From Dehalococcoidia bacterium (lineage in GTDB: Bacteria; Chloroflexota; Dehalococcoidia; UBA6926), in assembly GCA_029941095.1 (NCBI GenBank), contig JAPYRO010000001.1:6453-34690 (forward strand): 28,238 bases of DNA. Reading direction: 5' to 3'. A program made the translations under genes and the position numbers. Under the pieces are notes generated by a model. It was given only the letters and a program-made list of their open reading frames with translations, was not told the DNA's origin and did not search any database. Position 1 is the stretch's first letter. Every line of letters starts with the position of its first letter. Positions 8,708-17,358 of this stretch are shown here, piece by piece.

Positions 8708-9502
8708 CTAGATATCTCGTTTTCGAAATAATACTCCGGCCAATATATATATGCTAATACTGGACACAATTAAAACCCCAAAATCCTGCCAAGGAGGTGT
8801 TTGATCCAGTACTATATCACTGGGTTGATAGTAGTGAAAAAATGAGATAACTCCTAGATCAGTTACTTGCTCCCAAATATTACATATAAAATCAATGAAA
8901 TACATAAGCAAGACCACCATCACAGTACGACCTAATACCCAGGACGACTCATTTCCAAAAGAAGAAAAACATACAGCAATTGAATTAATTAAAATAAAAA
9001 GTAAGAAACTATTAATAACCAGGTATATAAATACACCAGAGTTATCGTTCACCCCAAAAAAACTTAAGCTCGCCAGTAAGCCAACCAAAAATACTAATTG
9101 CAATATGAAAATACCTATTATAGATGCAAGTATTTTCCCGCTAATAAATGAAATTCGAGAGATAGGTTTTGACAAAGAGAACAGAATATCTCCTGTTTCA
9201 ATTTCCTTAGCGATAGCTGATGCTCCAACAGATATCGAATAAGCGGTAAAAACTACTATAAATATTGGATGCCTACTAACACTAGCAAGCCAGCCCTCTA
9301 TACCAGCGGTGGGCATAAACCCAAATTGGGATTCCAGTACGTTTTGAAAGTCATTAGGTAATAATTCCACCATTGTTGCAACGGTATCACCTAGAGAATT
9401 CCAGACAAAGCTGATCAATAGCAAAAAAAGCAAAATTATAAGGCTTACAAAAAACGTTGGGCGCCAAACCACCCGTAAACTAAAGAGTAAAACGTAGACC
9501 AC
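8708..9502 (-). CDS. ABC-2 type transporter permease subunit
   Basis: Multiple hydrophobic segments; IAKEIETGDILFSLSKPISR and SFFHYY motifs. GTG 9502 follows AGGAG just after the ATPase stop (the track start at 9541 overlaps the ATPase). Confidence 0.88.
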   Translation of the reverse strand: MVYVLLFSLRVVWRPTFFVSLIILLFLLLISFVWNSLGDTVATMVELLPNDFQNVLESQFGFMPTAGIEGWLASVSRHPIFIVVFTAYSISVGASAIAKEIETGDILFSLSKPISRISFISGKILASIIGIFILQLVFLVGLLASLSFFGVNDNSGVFIYLVINSFLLFILINSIAVCFSSFGNESSWVLGRTVMVVLLMYFIDFICNIWEQVTDLGVISFFHYYQPSDIVLDQTPPWQDFGVLIVSSISIYILAGVLFRKRDI

Positions 9503-9503
9503 T

Positions 9504-10391
9504 CTATTTCTCCTCAGTTTGATAATACGAAAGAAATACACTATCTAAGTTTGGGCGTTCTATCACTAAATCCTCAACAGTTTCAGACTGGAGAACTTGA
9601 AGCAAATGTTTGATAGGTCCTTTAATTCTCAAATGAACAATATTTTGGTCTAAATTAATATTGGTTACCCCTTCAATCATCGACAAATCTGGAATCTTTG
9701 ATGTGGGAAATTTGACCTCGATATTACGCTCTAATTTATCGATCATATCAGCGATATTTCCTTCAGCAATTATTGCCCCATTATTTATCATAGCGATTCG
9801 ATCACAAATCCGCTGAACATCATTAAGATTATGGCTAGACATAAAAATAGTTGAGCCTTTGCTTTTAAACTCTTTCAAAATACCAAACAAAGTCTGCTGG
9901 ACAAGAGGATCTAAGCTGGTGGTAGGTTCATCAAGAATTATGACCCTCGGGCTATGCTGTAAGGCTTGTACAATGGACAATTTCTTAGCCATACCTTGGG
10001 AATAAGTCCTCACAGGTCTTAAAAGGGCATCCCTGGGGAAATCTAATCGGTCCAGAAGCTCCTCTCTATAAACAGGATCGACCCCTTGTAAATCGGACCA
10101 ATAATCAAGTAGGTCAGAGCCCAGATTAGATTGATACGTGTTCATTGAATCTGGGACAAATCCTATGTGGCGGGCTATCTCTGCACGATCCACCCAAGCA
10201 TCTTTACCCAAAAATGAAACCTCACCCGAAGTAGGTTTTATGAACCCCGTCATCACTCTTATTGCAGTGGTTTTACCCGCACCATTAGGGCCCAGAAAAC
10301 CAAGAATTTCACCTTCATTTAAAATTAAATTAACTTGATCAAGCGCCTTGGTCGCTGAGAATTGCTTTGTTACTTGAGTAAATTTAAACAT
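9504..10391 (-). CDS. ABC transporter ATP-binding protein (exporter type)
   Basis: Walker A GPNGAGKTT, signature YSQGM, Walker B IILDEPT, H-loop SSH. Confidence 0.95.
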   Translation of the reverse strand: MFKFTQVTKQFSATKALDQVNLILNEGEILGFLGPNGAGKTTAIRVMTGFIKPTSGEVSFLGKDAWVDRAEIARHIGFVPDSMNTYQSNLGSDLLDYWSDLQGVDPVYREELLDRLDFPRDALLRPVRTYSQGMAKKLSIVQALQHSPRVIILDEPTTSLDPLVQQTLFGILKEFKSKGSTIFMSSHNLNDVQRICDRIAMINNGAIIAEGNIADMIDKLERNIEVKFPTSKIPDLSMIEGVTNINLDQNIVHLRIKGPIKHLLQVLQSETVEDLVIERPNLDSVFLSYYQTEEK

Positions 10392-10422
10392 AATATCTAT
10401 ATTGCTTTCCAGGTTCAGCCAT

Positions 10423-10686
10423 TCACTTTAAATAAGAGAGGAGCTTACGCAATGCAGCAAAATTTATGGCCCATCCAATACCTGAAACTTTACCAGAGAA
10501 CACTTCATTACTCGAAGTATCCCAGTAACTTTCTTTAATCTTTGAAAGAGCTGGCGGGCGAAGATCATACGGAACAAAACCGAGGGATTTCCCCGTCCAA
10601 CGCTCTACGCCATCTTCCTTTTTTATTTCCTCAATAATGATCCCTGTGACGACCATTACCGTAAAAAGTTTTACTAAATTTCCCAT
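10423..10686 (-). CDS. Small DUF5808-like protein (N-terminal hydrophobic segment)
   Basis: GFVPYDLRPP...YWDTSSNEVFSGKVSGIGWAINF resembles the W..d....f.p..fG.GW..N motif as I recall it for DUF5808; tight operon spacing. Confidence 0.65.
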   Translation of the reverse strand: MGNLVKLFTVMVVTGIIIEEIKKEDGVERWTGKSLGFVPYDLRPPALSKIKESYWDTSSNEVFSGKVSGIGWAINFAALRKLLSYLK

Positions 10687-10704
10687 CTCAACACCTTTGT
10701 TACA

Positions 10705-11961
10705 TTATAGCAGTCGCCGAAACTGTTTATCTGATTTATAAGGCCCGACTATGGCAACTCTGTACAATTCTTGCCTAAATAAACGTTTCGCTACTCTCTG
10801 TAGATCCTCCAAATTTAGTTCGTCAAGTTGAGATGCCACCTCGTCTGGTGAGCGCAAACGGTTTAACAGTAATTCTTGACCCCCAAGCCATGACGAAACA
10901 CTTCTCGTATCTTCTAGGCCCAAAAATAAACGCCCTTTTATTAACTCACGCGCCCTATCTAATTCAGTCTGATCAATGTTCTCAACAGCTCTACTAAGTT
11001 CTGTAATGATTCCCTCTATAGCACTATTTGCGTTAGCTGGATCTGTACCGGCGTAAACGGTCATTGAACCCGTGTCGGTGAATTTTGATACTGAAGAACC
11101 AACTTCGTATACAAGGCCTTTATCTTCCCTAAGAGATAGGAACAGTCTGCTAGCCATTCCTTCACCCAGAACCGTATTCAGAAGATCCAGAGAATACCGA
11201 TCCGGGTCCATTATGCTTATACCAGGAAAGCTCAAACATATATGAGCCTGTTCCGTAGGTCTATACTCAACAATAATTGGATTATCTAATTCAGTTTCCA
11301 CCGCAGGAATCAGTTCTCTTCTTCCAATGTCTTGTAGATTCAAAGAGGAGCGTGATACCAAGTCCTCCACTTCTGAGTGATCGATTTGTCCTGCAACAAC
11401 CAAAACAACATTATTAGGCCGATACTGATCCTTCATATAATCAAGCATCATATTCTTCGTAATTGAGTTAACAGTTTCAGGCGTGCCACCTATATCTCTC
11501 CCTAGAGGCTGATTAGGCCACAACAAGGAATCGTTAAGCAAAAAAGCTTTCTGACTGGGTACATCATTTACTTGATGTAACTCTTCCAGTATCACTTGAC
11601 GTTCTTTTTCAATCTCTGAAAGTTCAAAAGTTGAATTTTGCAACATGTCTGTCAAAAGATCCATTGCTACTGGCATATGGTCTCTTGCAACTCTTGACCA
11701 ATAAACTGTTAACTCTCGCTCAGTACCAGCATTAATATAGCCTCCTACCCGCTCGATGGTTTCAGAAACATCCTTGGGACGAGGTCTTTTCGAAGTGCCT
11801 TTAAAAAGCATGTGCTCTAAGTAGTGTGAAACACCTGATTCAGGATCATTTTCGTAGCGTGACCCAGCACCAATATAAAAAGCTACTGAAACAGATCTGG
11901 TTGATGGCATCGAAGCTGTAACGATCCTAAGGCCATCAGGCATTACGGTACGATTATACAA
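10705..11961 (-). CDS. M16 (pitrilysin/MPP-like) zinc metallopeptidase
   Basis: GAGSRYE, inverted zinc motif HYLEH, GGYINAGT, LGEGMASRLFLSLREDKGLVY. Homology begins at TTG 11961; the track start at 12111 overlaps the MBL gene. Confidence 0.93.
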   Translation of the reverse strand: MYNRTVMPDGLRIVTASMPSTRSVSVAFYIGAGSRYENDPESGVSHYLEHMLFKGTSKRPRPKDVSETIERVGGYINAGTERELTVYWSRVARDHMPVAMDLLTDMLQNSTFELSEIEKERQVILEELHQVNDVPSQKAFLLNDSLLWPNQPLGRDIGGTPETVNSITKNMMLDYMKDQYRPNNVVLVVAGQIDHSEVEDLVSRSSLNLQDIGRRELIPAVETELDNPIIVEYRPTEQAHICLSFPGISIMDPDRYSLDLLNTVLGEGMASRLFLSLREDKGLVYEVGSSVSKFTDTGSMTVYAGTDPANANSAIEGIITELSRAVENIDQTELDRARELIKGRLFLGLEDTRSVSSWLGGQELLLNRLRSPDEVASQLDELNLEDLQRVAKRLFRQELYRVAIVGPYKSDKQFRRLL

Positions 11962-11989
11962 TTTTGAAGCATCTTGATTATTATCCAAC

Positions 11990-12625
11990 TTAGCTTTTAC
12001 TCCAAACCACGTCACCGTGTAGATCCTCATCATGCTCTTTACTAGCAAATTTCGCGTATTCCAATTTGCTCTCAAAAATTGTCGTTGCAACACCATGTCC
12101 TGGCAGGACATCTATATCAGGATCTAATTTATACAAGTGAGTTACAATACTATTTATCTCTGTTTTTAGAGATTCCGGGCTATCCGAATGACCAGGCCCA
12201 CCAGGGAACAAAGTGTCACCTGTAAATAATAATGAACCAGAAACCAAACAAATACTGCCTTCGGTGTGGCCAGGCGTGAAAATAACCCTAAGCGGTATAC
12301 TACCAACTTGCAATGTGTCACCATGTTCCAGAAAGATATCTGGAGTCAAAGGCAGGGATGCTGCATCTTTCGAATGAGCTGCTACCGAAGCGTCCGGGAA
12401 TTGGTTTTTGATTCTCTCTAAAGCACCCCAATGGTCCTGATGTCTATGAGTCGTCACAATTAACGCGAGGGATGTACCTTCCAACGCTTCCATAATCGCA
12501 TCCGGATCCGCGGCAGCATCTATGATGGCACTAATGTTAGTAGACGGATCAATTAACACGTAGCAGTTGTTCGAATACTCGCCAACTTCTAGCTTAATTA
12601 ATCTAATTAAATTGCTTGGCTGCAT
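11990..12625 (-). CDS. Metallo-beta-lactamase-fold hydrolase (glyoxalase II-like), intact metal motifs
   Basis: THRHQDH, TPGHTEGS, FTGDTLF, LPGHG. ATG 12625 follows AGGA. Confidence 0.93.
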   Translation of the reverse strand: MQPSNLIRLIKLEVGEYSNNCYVLIDPSTNISAIIDAAADPDAIMEALEGTSLALIVTTHRHQDHWGALERIKNQFPDASVAAHSKDAASLPLTPDIFLEHGDTLQVGSIPLRVIFTPGHTEGSICLVSGSLLFTGDTLFPGGPGHSDSPESLKTEINSIVTHLYKLDPDIDVLPGHGVATTIFESKLEYAKFASKEHDEDLHGDVVWSKS

Positions 12626-12762
12626 TTTTATCCTATAAAGATTTATGCACAATACTACCACGAATTAAAGATGAACTATTGTCTAAGCATGGGATAATAT
12701 ATAACTAATCAACGTTCATGATCAAGAAGATTGATATGATAGGAAAATTCGAGGTGTGGGAA

Positions 12763-13632
12763 ATGGAAAATATATTTCGCGGAGTTGAATCCATCACAAT
12801 TAGGACTGGCGGTGCTAATGATCAAAACAACATCTATGTGATCGAGGGGGATAATTCCAGGGCGATTATTGATCCTGGATATAAAGACGACTTGGCAAAA
12901 ACGATCGAGAGTCAAATAAACCAACTTCATAAAAGTAAACCGATTAAATATATATTGATAACAGACTGGTACGAAGAACATTGGAGTGGTGCTCAGTCTG
13001 TTAAAGAAATCACAAACGGGATAATAATTTCTAGCCAACATGATCACGGAAAAATAAATAATGATTCTAATGGTCAGCTGGTAACCAAAATTTTAAGAGG
13101 CGGTGAAACAATAGATCTTGGAAGCCGCAAACTTCAAACAATCAATACTCCAGGCCATACTCCAGGAAGCTCCTGTTACCTTCTTCAGAATGAAGGAGTT
13201 TTATTCTCTGGGGATTGCATACTACCAAATACTTCAACTGCCATAGATCCCACCGAAGGAGGTGACATGAAGGATTATCTGGATTCTCTCAGAAGAATTC
13301 AGATGCTTAAAGTAGATCTCATACTCTCTTTCCACGGTCACCCTATATCTTTAGCAACAGAGCGACTTGAAAATCTGATCAAAATCAGAGAAGACCGTGA
13401 CCAACAAATATTAGATATTCTCCAAATAAAACCAACTTCATTAGGGGGGATTTGGGAGAACATATATGGTAAACGTGATTTAACTGGATATTTGCTTGAG
13501 GCTTCAAAAAAACAAATAGAGGCACATATAATAAAGTTGGAAACCGAGAAGGAAGTAAGTCGTTTGATAAACGATCAAGGTAGCGGAGAAGATCATTCTC
13601 CTATCTACCAAATAATCAATAACAATGGATAG
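12763..13632 (+). CDS. MBL-fold protein, LACTB2-like with probable C-terminal winged helix; motif 2 degenerate
   Basis: NIYVI, IIDPG, TPGHTPGS, FSGDCIL, DYLDSLRRI, FHGHP and IEAHIIKLE are present, but TDWYEEH replaces THxHxDH. ATG 12763 follows GAGGTG (track start 12718). Confidence 0.85.
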   Translation: MENIFRGVESITIRTGGANDQNNIYVIEGDNSRAIIDPGYKDDLAKTIESQINQLHKSKPIKYILITDWYEEHWSGAQSVKEITNGIIISSQHDHGKINNDSNGQLVTKILRGGETIDLGSRKLQTINTPGHTPGSSCYLLQNEGVLFSGDCILPNTSTAIDPTEGGDMKDYLDSLRRIQMLKVDLILSFHGHPISLATERLENLIKIREDRDQQILDILQIKPTSLGGIWENIYGKRDLTGYLLEASKKQIEAHIIKLETEKEVSRLINDQGSGEDHSPIYQIINNNG

Positions 13633-13641
13633 GAGAAATCG

Positions 13642-14961
13642 ATGCCTGGATCCGACATACTGAATATATTCCCAATAGGTTCAAATGTTACCTCAAATGG
13701 CCATTTAAGCATCTCAAATATTGACATTGCTGAACTGGCAACTGAAAGAGGTACTCCATTATATATTTTTGATGAAAACACAATCCGTACAACTGCAAAA
13801 AGATTCAAAAAAGCTTTTAGCGACCGCTATTCGGACGTTCAAATTGTATACGCATGCAAGGCATGGTCCAACGTAGCCATACTACAAATCCTTGCGGAAG
13901 AAGGGTTGGGGTTTGATGTGGTAAGCGGAGAAGAAATATCTACCGTAGAAGCTGCGGAACTAAATCTAGACAAGACGTTCTTTCATGGAAACAATAAATC
14001 ACGATCTGAACTTCTCCAGGCTGTGGTTGCAGGTGTAGGCAGAATAGTAGTTGATAATAGTTATGAACTGGATCTCCTTGAGGAAGTGTTACAAGAAACC
14101 AATAGGACTCAGGAGATTCTATTCAGGGTTTCCCCAGGAGTCGATCCACATACTCACCAAAAAACAACTACGGGTGTTCTCGATAGCAAATTTGGAATAC
14201 CGATTGAGACAGGTGAAGCAGAAAAAATAATAGTAAAAGCGATGGAATCCGATCATATAATTCCAAAAGGCCTGCATTTCCATCTTGGATCCCCTATTTT
14301 TGAATTATCTCCTTACAAAAAAGCTATAGAAATTGCTTTTGATTTCGCTTCTAAAATGAAACAAGCACATGGATTTATCATGGAGGAATTTAGTCCTGGA
14401 GGTGGATTCGCTTCCAAATATCTTGTATCGGATCAAGTTCCAGACCCAGAAGTATATGCAGATACCATTTGTAATCAAATTAGAGACCTGTGCGTATCAT
14501 TGGATTTAGAATTACCCAAGCTTAGTATAGAACCAGGTCGTTCTATAATTAGTCGAGCTGGGATCGCCGTTTATAGAACTGGAGTAATTAAAGAAATTCC
14601 AGGCATACGAACCTACGTTTCAGTTGACGGAGGAATGGGAGATAACATCCGGCCCGCAATTTATGACTCAAAATATGAGGCGGCACTAATCACAAGAATG
14701 GGTGAGGAAGAAACAAAAATTGTTACGATATCTGGAAAGTACTGCGAATCAGGTGACATCTTAGTAAAGGACTACAATTTACCGGCACCACATCCTAATG
14801 AACTCTTAGCAATCCCTGCATCTGGGGCATATTCCCTTGCTATGGCATCCAACTATAATTCTTCTCGAAAACCAGAAGCGGTACTTTTAAAAGAAGGCGC
14901 TTTCCGTGTTATAAGGCGTAGAGAAACAATTGAAGACATATTAAAGTTTGACGTGGTTTAG
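13642..14961 (+). CDS. lysA: Diaminopimelate decarboxylase
   Basis: GTPLYIFD, YACKA (PLP lysine), FHGNNKS, SKFG, HFHLGS, EPGRS, GKYCESGD, GAYS..MASNYN; SD AGGAG. Confidence 0.96.
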   Translation: MPGSDILNIFPIGSNVTSNGHLSISNIDIAELATERGTPLYIFDENTIRTTAKRFKKAFSDRYSDVQIVYACKAWSNVAILQILAEEGLGFDVVSGEEISTVEAAELNLDKTFFHGNNKSRSELLQAVVAGVGRIVVDNSYELDLLEEVLQETNRTQEILFRVSPGVDPHTHQKTTTGVLDSKFGIPIETGEAEKIIVKAMESDHIIPKGLHFHLGSPIFELSPYKKAIEIAFDFASKMKQAHGFIMEEFSPGGGFASKYLVSDQVPDPEVYADTICNQIRDLCVSLDLELPKLSIEPGRSIISRAGIAVYRTGVIKEIPGIRTYVSVDGGMGDNIRPAIYDSKYEAALITRMGEEETKIVTISGKYCESGDILVKDYNLPAPHPNELLAIPASGAYSLAMASNYNSSRKPEAVLLKEGAFRVIRRRETIEDILKFDVV

Positions 14962-14963
14962 TT

Positions 14964-16025
14964 ATGCCTTGGAACAGTCCAGCAACAAAAGAAACTGTAG
15001 GCTTTCTACAACAAAGTATAAAACGTGAGAGACTAGCTCATGCATACCTGTTGATAGGTCCGGCCACAGCAGGGACAATGGCTCTCTCTAAAGAATTTTC
15101 ACAGGCAATATTTTGTAAATCCAACGACCCACCCTGCCACGAATGCAGACATTGCGTGAACATTGATAAAGAATTACACCCAGATTTACTAACCATTCAA
15201 CCTGGCTCAACAGGATTCATAGGAATAGACCGGATCAGACGACTTCTAGGAGACATAACAAGCGAGCAAATCAAAGAATTAGAAAAAAGAGATGAAGATA
15301 TTCCTCCAAGATATTTTGCTATAACAAGTCCTTTAGAAGCAGATCGGAAAATCATAATTATTCATGGTGTGGAAACCATGCTTAAAGAAACCAGAGATAT
15401 CCTGTTAAAAATCCTTGAGGAACCTCCGGCCAGCGTAATTTTTATCTTGACTACAGAGGACGAGTCAATTTCAAACAGCACGCTTGCCTCAAGATGCCAA
15501 ATCTTAAGAGTAAAACCCATATCATTTGACGAGGTTAAATCATCACTAATAAAAAACGGCATAGAACCAGATTTAGCCTCTCATCTATCAAAAATTACCG
15601 GTGGGCATATACAAAAAGCATTGAATTTTGCCGAGAACGCCTCTTTGTTAAACGACATGTATTCGGATTACATGTATATGCCTAATATACTCACTCAACC
15701 AATCTCTGCGAGAATAAAATTAGCAGAAGAGGCGGCGCAAAATTATCGAGGGAATAAACGAGGTGTTTTAGCATCTATGGATACCTGGATGGTATTCTGG
15801 AGAGATGCAATAATCTCATCGAAAGAAATAAACCTCAATCAAGATATATCGGTAAAAAGTGAATTACTGACAAAAGAAGATCTCAAAAAACTGAGCATAG
15901 ACCTTGTTGAAGCCGTCGGAGCTATAAGAGCAATTGAAAAAGCACAATTAGCGCTGCAAAACAACGGGAACGCTAGATTAATTATAGAAAATTTATATAT
16001 GAATCTTCCACTCAAACTAGAGTAG
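14964..16025 (+). CDS. holB: DNA polymerase III delta' subunit
   Basis: AHAYLLIG, four-Cys zinc module followed by HPD, LLKILEEPP, SRC motif; degenerate Walker A as expected for delta'. Confidence 0.85.
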   Translation: MPWNSPATKETVGFLQQSIKRERLAHAYLLIGPATAGTMALSKEFSQAIFCKSNDPPCHECRHCVNIDKELHPDLLTIQPGSTGFIGIDRIRRLLGDITSEQIKELEKRDEDIPPRYFAITSPLEADRKIIIIHGVETMLKETRDILLKILEEPPASVIFILTTEDESISNSTLASRCQILRVKPISFDEVKSSLIKNGIEPDLASHLSKITGGHIQKALNFAENASLLNDMYSDYMYMPNILTQPISARIKLAEEAAQNYRGNKRGVLASMDTWMVFWRDAIISSKEINLNQDISVKSELLTKEDLKKLSIDLVEAVGAIRAIEKAQLALQNNGNARLIIENLYMNLPLKLE

Positions 16026-16036
16026 TTTATTAATTC

Positions 16037-16873
16037 TTATATATCTCTACTCTGGATAAAAGAGTTCAAAAGGTTAGTGAATTCCAAAGGGAATATATAC
16101 TTAGTGGCCTCACCCTCTCCCATAGTTTTAAGGGTGTCAAAGTACTGGAGACTCATCAAATTTGGCGATACATCCTTAGCAACAACCTCAATTCGGGCCA
16201 AAGCGTTACTAAAGCCCTCTGCTCTTAATATAGCCGCCTGTTGATCGCCTTCTGCTGAAAGTATTTCACTTTGCCTCTGGCCCTCCGCATTCAATATTGC
16301 GGCCTCTTTTTCCCCTTCTGCAACGGTAACTGCGGCCTTCCTAGTACCTTCTGCTTCAATTATCACGGCACGTCTTAGTCTTTCAGCAGACATTTGACGA
16401 TTCATGGCTTCTTGAATATCAGCTGCCGGTTCTATTGTCTTTATCTCTACGTTTGTAACAAGAATACCCCATCTCGAAGTCTCTTCACCAAGCTTTGCTG
16501 TAAGCACTTTATTGATTCGCTCTCTTTGGGACAAAACATCATCAACTGTCATCTCTCCTACCACAGCTCTTAAAGTGGTAATAGCCAATCCAATAACTGC
16601 CAGCTTATAGTTTGCAACTTCAAGAATTGCTTTGTGCGCTTCTTCTTGTTTGACTCTCAAATATAATAGGAAATCGATATCTATGGGTGCATTATCTTTT
16701 GTGATATTTGTCTGCGGTGGGATATCAATAACTTCTGTCCGTAAATCGATAGGAATACCCGCATGCACTATTGGTATAAGCCATACAGGACCTGGGCCTC
16801 TCATCCCCTCAAAATTACCCCACCTAAATCGTGCGATCCTCTCATAATCTTTCAGAAAATTTAAAATAAACAT
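16037..16873 (-). CDS. SPFH/band 7 (stomatin/QmcA-like) protein
   Basis: GPG...IPIV, IDLR, ITKDNA, TTLRAVVGEMTVDDVLSQRERIN, WGI.VTNVEIK, QMSAER and repeated AEG...AIL coiled-coil. Confidence 0.93.
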   Translation of the reverse strand: MFILNFLKDYERIARFRWGNFEGMRGPGPVWLIPIVHAGIPIDLRTEVIDIPPQTNITKDNAPIDIDFLLYLRVKQEEAHKAILEVANYKLAVIGLAITTLRAVVGEMTVDDVLSQRERINKVLTAKLGEETSRWGILVTNVEIKTIEPAADIQEAMNRQMSAERLRRAVIIEAEGTRKAAVTVAEGEKEAAILNAEGQRQSEILSAEGDQQAAILRAEGFSNALARIEVVAKDVSPNLMSLQYFDTLKTMGEGEATKYIFPLEFTNLLNSFIQSRDI

Positions 16874-16923
16874 ATTAACTCACTCCAACTGAATAACATT
16901 TATCCTTATGTATCAATCTAATA

Positions 16924-17358
16924 TTATTTTAATCCTAATGCTTCTTGAAGGGTATCCCAAGCCAAAACAGCGCATTTTATTCTAATCGGATATTTAGAGA
17001 CTCCTTGTAATGACATTAAATCTTGCATTAATTGTTCGTCAGGTTTGCCGCCCTTTAACATGTCTCTAAAATTAATTGAAAGCTTATCTACGTCACCTAA
17101 ATTCAAACCTTTAACCCTATCAGTGAGCATCGATGCAGAAGCTTGAGATATAGCACAACCTTGTCCTAAAAATTCTATTTGGGAAATGGCACCATCTTTT
17201 ATAATCGCTGTTAATCGGATTTTATCACCGCAAACTGGATTATGCTGCTGCATATCTACATCAGGTTTTTCCAACACTCCTCGATTATGAGGATATCGAT
17301 AATGATCCAGTATTAATTCTTTATACAGATCATCAAATTTAGGTTCATCGGGAGGCAT
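16924..17358 (-). CDS. sufU: SufU (IscU/NifU-N family) sulfur-transfer protein
   Basis: LYKELILDHY..P.NRG, NPVCGD, GCAISQASAS, RIKCAVLAW. Start is uncertain (TTG 17364, GTG 17361 or ATG 17358) and overlaps the sufS stop. Confidence 0.92.
   Translation of the reverse strand: MPPDEPKFDDLYKELILDHYRYPHNRGVLEKPDVDMQQHNPVCGDKIRLTAIIKDGAISQIEFLGQGCAISQASASMLTDRVKGLNLGDVDKLSINFRDMLKGGKPDEQLMQDLMSLQGVSKYPIRIKCAVLAWDTLQEALGLK

Noticed and set aside
8285-10338. ORFs 8285-8467 (-), 8307-8621 (+), 8895-9242 (+) and 10138-10338 (+)
   Set aside because: They overlap better-supported genes in another frame or strand and show no family signal.
11962-12111. 50-aa N-terminal extension of the M16 peptidase overlapping the MBL gene
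   Set aside because: An artefact of longest-ORF calling; peptidase homology starts at TTG 11961.
15055-15100. Broken Walker A in the clamp-loader subunit (GPATAGT)
   Set aside because: Expected: delta' subunits are known to have a degenerate P-loop.
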